From Aulosira sp. ZfuVER01 (GTDB taxonomy: Bacteria > Cyanobacteriota > Cyanobacteriia > Cyanobacteriales > Nostocaceae), in assembly GCA_034530615.2 (NCBI GenBank), contig JAVRCV020000079.1:1-64000 (forward strand): a stretch of 64,000 nt of DNA, in the 5' to 3' direction. Shown in pieces: positions 61,589-64,000 of the stretch. The notes beneath the pieces are model-generated. The model saw only the letters and a program-made list of their open reading frames with translations. It made no database searches and had not been told where the DNA came from. The position numbers and the translations under genes were made by a program. Numbering within the stretch: the first letter of the stretch is position 1; each line of letters begins with the position of its first letter.

Positions 61589-63034
61589 ATGCCAGCTAAT
61601 AAGCCTCAAGACAAACTGACTGCTCCTATATGCTTATTTTTATTAGGAGTTGCCATCTCTCAAAGTTTGAGATCCACGGCTTTTAATTTTAATAGTTACA
61701 GTAATGATTCAGTAGTAGTCGCCCAAACTTCGCCCAAGCCTACACCCCAAGAAATTGTACAGGCGGGGGAAGTACGTGCTTTACCTGGCAAGCTTGATAC
61801 TATTCCTGTATTTAATAGCAATAGCCCAGAATGGGTCAAAAAGGAGGGAATTTTACTTTCTACATTTCCCCCAAATGGAAAAAAAGTCTCAGCAGCACAT
61901 CTTAATTTTCCCTTTGAGGGACGCTTTGACTTATTTGCTCACCACTATACCCACACCCCTAAGGATTTACAGACCCTATACTTGGGCGTAATTTTGCAGA
62001 ACCCAACTAAGAAAGCAGTAACAGTGGATGTTTTGCAAGCAGCGAGTTATTTGATGCAGGATGCGCCTTTTGTTTCCTTAGCACCCTACATCGAAAATAA
62101 TGATGGTAAAACCTATTCAGGGCCTGGTGCTCGTGCTGTTAGCGATGTCTTACGAGGAGTTCGCCAAGCTGATTTTCCGGCAAAGCTGGTAATTCCAGCA
62201 GGACAAAGCCGATTGTTATTAAATCATCCCATTCCGGTAAAAAATCTGGAAAAGCCTGTTAATGGTAGGTCTAGCTTTATGCGGTTGCGTAGTAGCGGCA
62301 AAGTTTATGCAGCCAGTTTAGCAATGTTTGCTAAGAAAAATACTGATGGTAGCGATCGCGCCCCTACTTTAGCAGAATGGCAAGCTTTGCTCAATACTGG
62401 CAACTTTGCCGGGCCACGAGATAAAACTCCTACTCCTCCAAATGCTACAGGCGGTGCCCTGATTTATGGGCGTGTAGCTGGTGTATCTCAAGGTTCTCAG
62501 TGGCAAGCTTTACTTACAGATAACTCCAAAGACCAAACTCTTACAATTCCTCAGCGTGGCAAAGCGATTTCTTATCCTTTAGTTACCTTACGTGGTGGTC
62601 AATTGGGTACCGGACAAATCCAAACTGCAAAAATGTTAGTACGCTATCCAGATACAGCGTATGAAGCACACGGTAATTATGGGGTGGAGTATAATCTCCG
62701 CTTACCCTTAAGTAATAGTACCAAGCAAGCTCAAAAAGTTAGTGTCACATTAGAAACACCTTTAAAAGAAGATAAATTATCCCAAGGTGGTCTCCGTTTT
62801 CGCAAACCATCCTTAGATTTTCCCTTTTTCCGTGGTACAGTGCGGCTGCGATATACTGATGATCAAGGGAAACAACAAACACGTTACGTACATTTGTGGC
62901 ACAGAACAGGGCAAGTTTTAGAACCATTAGTACAGCTGACGCTACCACCTGCAACTAAACGAATGGTACAGGTAGATGTAATCTATCCACCAGATTCAAC
63001 ACCACCTCAAGTGTTGAGTGTGAGGACGCTTTGA
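61589..63034 (+). CDS. DUF3370-family secreted protein
   Basis: LPGKLD..PVFNSNSPE, GILLSTFP, HGNYGVEY and YPPDSTPPQVL. Confidence 0.8.
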   Translation: MPANKPQDKLTAPICLFLLGVAISQSLRSTAFNFNSYSNDSVVVAQTSPKPTPQEIVQAGEVRALPGKLDTIPVFNSNSPEWVKKEGILLSTFPPNGKKVSAAHLNFPFEGRFDLFAHHYTHTPKDLQTLYLGVILQNPTKKAVTVDVLQAASYLMQDAPFVSLAPYIENNDGKTYSGPGARAVSDVLRGVRQADFPAKLVIPAGQSRLLLNHPIPVKNLEKPVNGRSSFMRLRSSGKVYAASLAMFAKKNTDGSDRAPTLAEWQALLNTGNFAGPRDKTPTPPNATGGALIYGRVAGVSQGSQWQALLTDNSKDQTLTIPQRGKAISYPLVTLRGGQLGTGQIQTAKMLVRYPDTAYEAHGNYGVEYNLRLPLSNSTKQAQKVSVTLETPLKEDKLSQGGLRFRKPSLDFPFFRGTVRLRYTDDQGKQQTRYVHLWHRTGQVLEPLVQLTLPPATKRMVQVDVIYPPDSTPPQVLSVRTL

Positions 63035-63081
63035 GTTTTCTCTGGAAATAACTGAATTAAGCAAATTTCTTCAGCGATATC

Positions 63082-63489
63082 TTACATAGCAGGCATTTTA
63101 GGAAACTTAGGTAACTGCGGATCTATATAATCCCATGCTGCACCACTGGAGGCGTAAACCACCATACTAGGCTGAAATATGGATACGTCATCTAGACTGT
63201 TGGCAGAGACTGCCCCTATTTCATCAAAACCCGAAGATTCAGCATAAATATGCGATCCGCAAATTGGACAAAAACCTCGGCGTACAGTATTGCCACTTTC
63301 GCCTGGAGTTTCATAAAACTTCAATTCGCCAGAGATATTCAATGCCGCTTTTGGGATTGCCAATTTTGAGCTATGCCCTGTAGTACTAGTTTTGCGACAA
63401 TTCTCACATTGACAATGCATTGCTACTAAAGGTTCTGCCTGACATTCGTAACGTACTGCACCGCACAAACAGCCACCAGAAAAAGTCAT
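63082..63489 (-). CDS. GFA (glutathione-dependent formaldehyde-activating) family protein
   Basis: GGCLCGAVRY, HCQCENCR and RGFCPICGS. Confidence 0.92.
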   Translation of the reverse strand: MTFSGGCLCGAVRYECQAEPLVAMHCQCENCRKTSTTGHSSKLAIPKAALNISGELKFYETPGESGNTVRRGFCPICGSHIYAESSGFDEIGAVSANSLDDVSIFQPSMVVYASSGAAWDYIDPQLPKFPKMPAM

Positions 63490-63620
63490 AAACAGCCTCA
63501 CTATCCTGCTCAATTGGAATATTAACTTAGTACTGGTATCTAGGGGAAGCAGATCCAAGCATAAACGGAATTTTTACTCTTGATTAACGCCAAAACTTTT
63601 CTTACTAAGAATTCGGAATC

Positions 63621-63729
63621 TAGTGGCGTGACAAGGCTAAAGTTGTGCATTAGATTTCTAATTGATAGGGCGCTAAAGCGCAACTACGAACATTCTTTAT
63701 TGCAACATTTTAGTCTGGTCACGCCAGTA
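63621..63729. mobile_element. 109-bp TA-bounded MITE (copy 2)
   Basis: tagtggcgtgacaaggctaaa...tttagtctggtcacgccagta. Confidence 0.85.
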
Positions 63730-63804
63730 GGGTGTGTTGTCGCGTAGTGCAATGCACCAAGGTCTAGAATGCGGTGCGTTACACTTCGTGATAACGCACC
63801 CTAC
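63727..63804. repeat. GTAG-type REP doublet
   Basis: gtagggtgtgttg...ataacgcaccctac; a similar one is at 52239-52272. Confidence 0.7.
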
Positions 63805-63810
63805 ACATAC

Positions 63811-63917
63811 TACACTTCTTGCAAAAATCCGATTAGGAATAAATAGATGAACACCAATATTTATCTATGTTTATCTATGGTTTGATAGCCAAAATATCGA
63901 CTTATGCAAGAGGTCTA
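63811..63917. mobile_element. TA-bounded MITE-like element (TAGACCTCTTGCA-type ends)
   Basis: tacacttcttgcaaaaatc ... gacttatgcaagaggtcta imperfect TIR. Confidence 0.6.
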
Positions 63918-64000
63918 ATTTATAAATTACTCAAAAAAATTTAATTTGAGTTGGCCATACAGGAGGTTTAGGCTGGATAGAAATACCACCTGTTTCACTT

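Noticed and set aside
1..64000. tRNA or rRNA genes
   Set aside because: None recognised by eye

Overview
The window is from a heterocyst-forming (Nostocales-type) cyanobacterial chromosome: the HIP1 octamer GCGATCGC is frequent, and STRR heptamer repeats and Nostoc-type small dispersed repeats occur throughout. From left to right it holds: a UPF0175/PIN (DUF3368) toxin-antitoxin-like pair; an FmdE-like protein; an unusual minus-strand cluster opposite an HTH-NB-ARC gene; a poly-HAMP hybrid kinase-cheR-cheB-hybrid kinase locus; an aldo/keto reductase; a filamentous-haemagglutinin-family protein; an AiiC-like Ntn acylase; N-acylglucosamine 2-epimerase; an SLH porin; a photosensory cluster (Cph1/AphA phytochrome, Rcp, REC-HK, a red/green CBCR kinase and a second REC-HK) split by a full-length IS4-family element with a 10-bp TSD; a TetR-thioesterase pair; an SDR; an FHA/CHAT deletion scar; an M48 protease; COP23; a bidomain SPS; metH; an alpha/beta hydrolase; a thioredoxin-like protein; pyrH-frr; a GGR-family oxidoreductase; DUF3370; and a GFA protein. 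The unusual cluster (1.6-8.8 kb) is the most novel-looking part. It consists of a DUF3859-like membrane protein, a 21-bp tandem array, an AsnB-like ATP-dependent amide ligase with no N-terminal Cys, a LysA-fold protein lacking the PLP lysine and catalytic Cys, and a Zn-ribbon/4TM protein with Spo11/TopoVI-A-like motifs. Several families of very small mobile repeats are also present, with nested, site-specific insertions. All family calls come from motif recognition by eye; no database searches were run.
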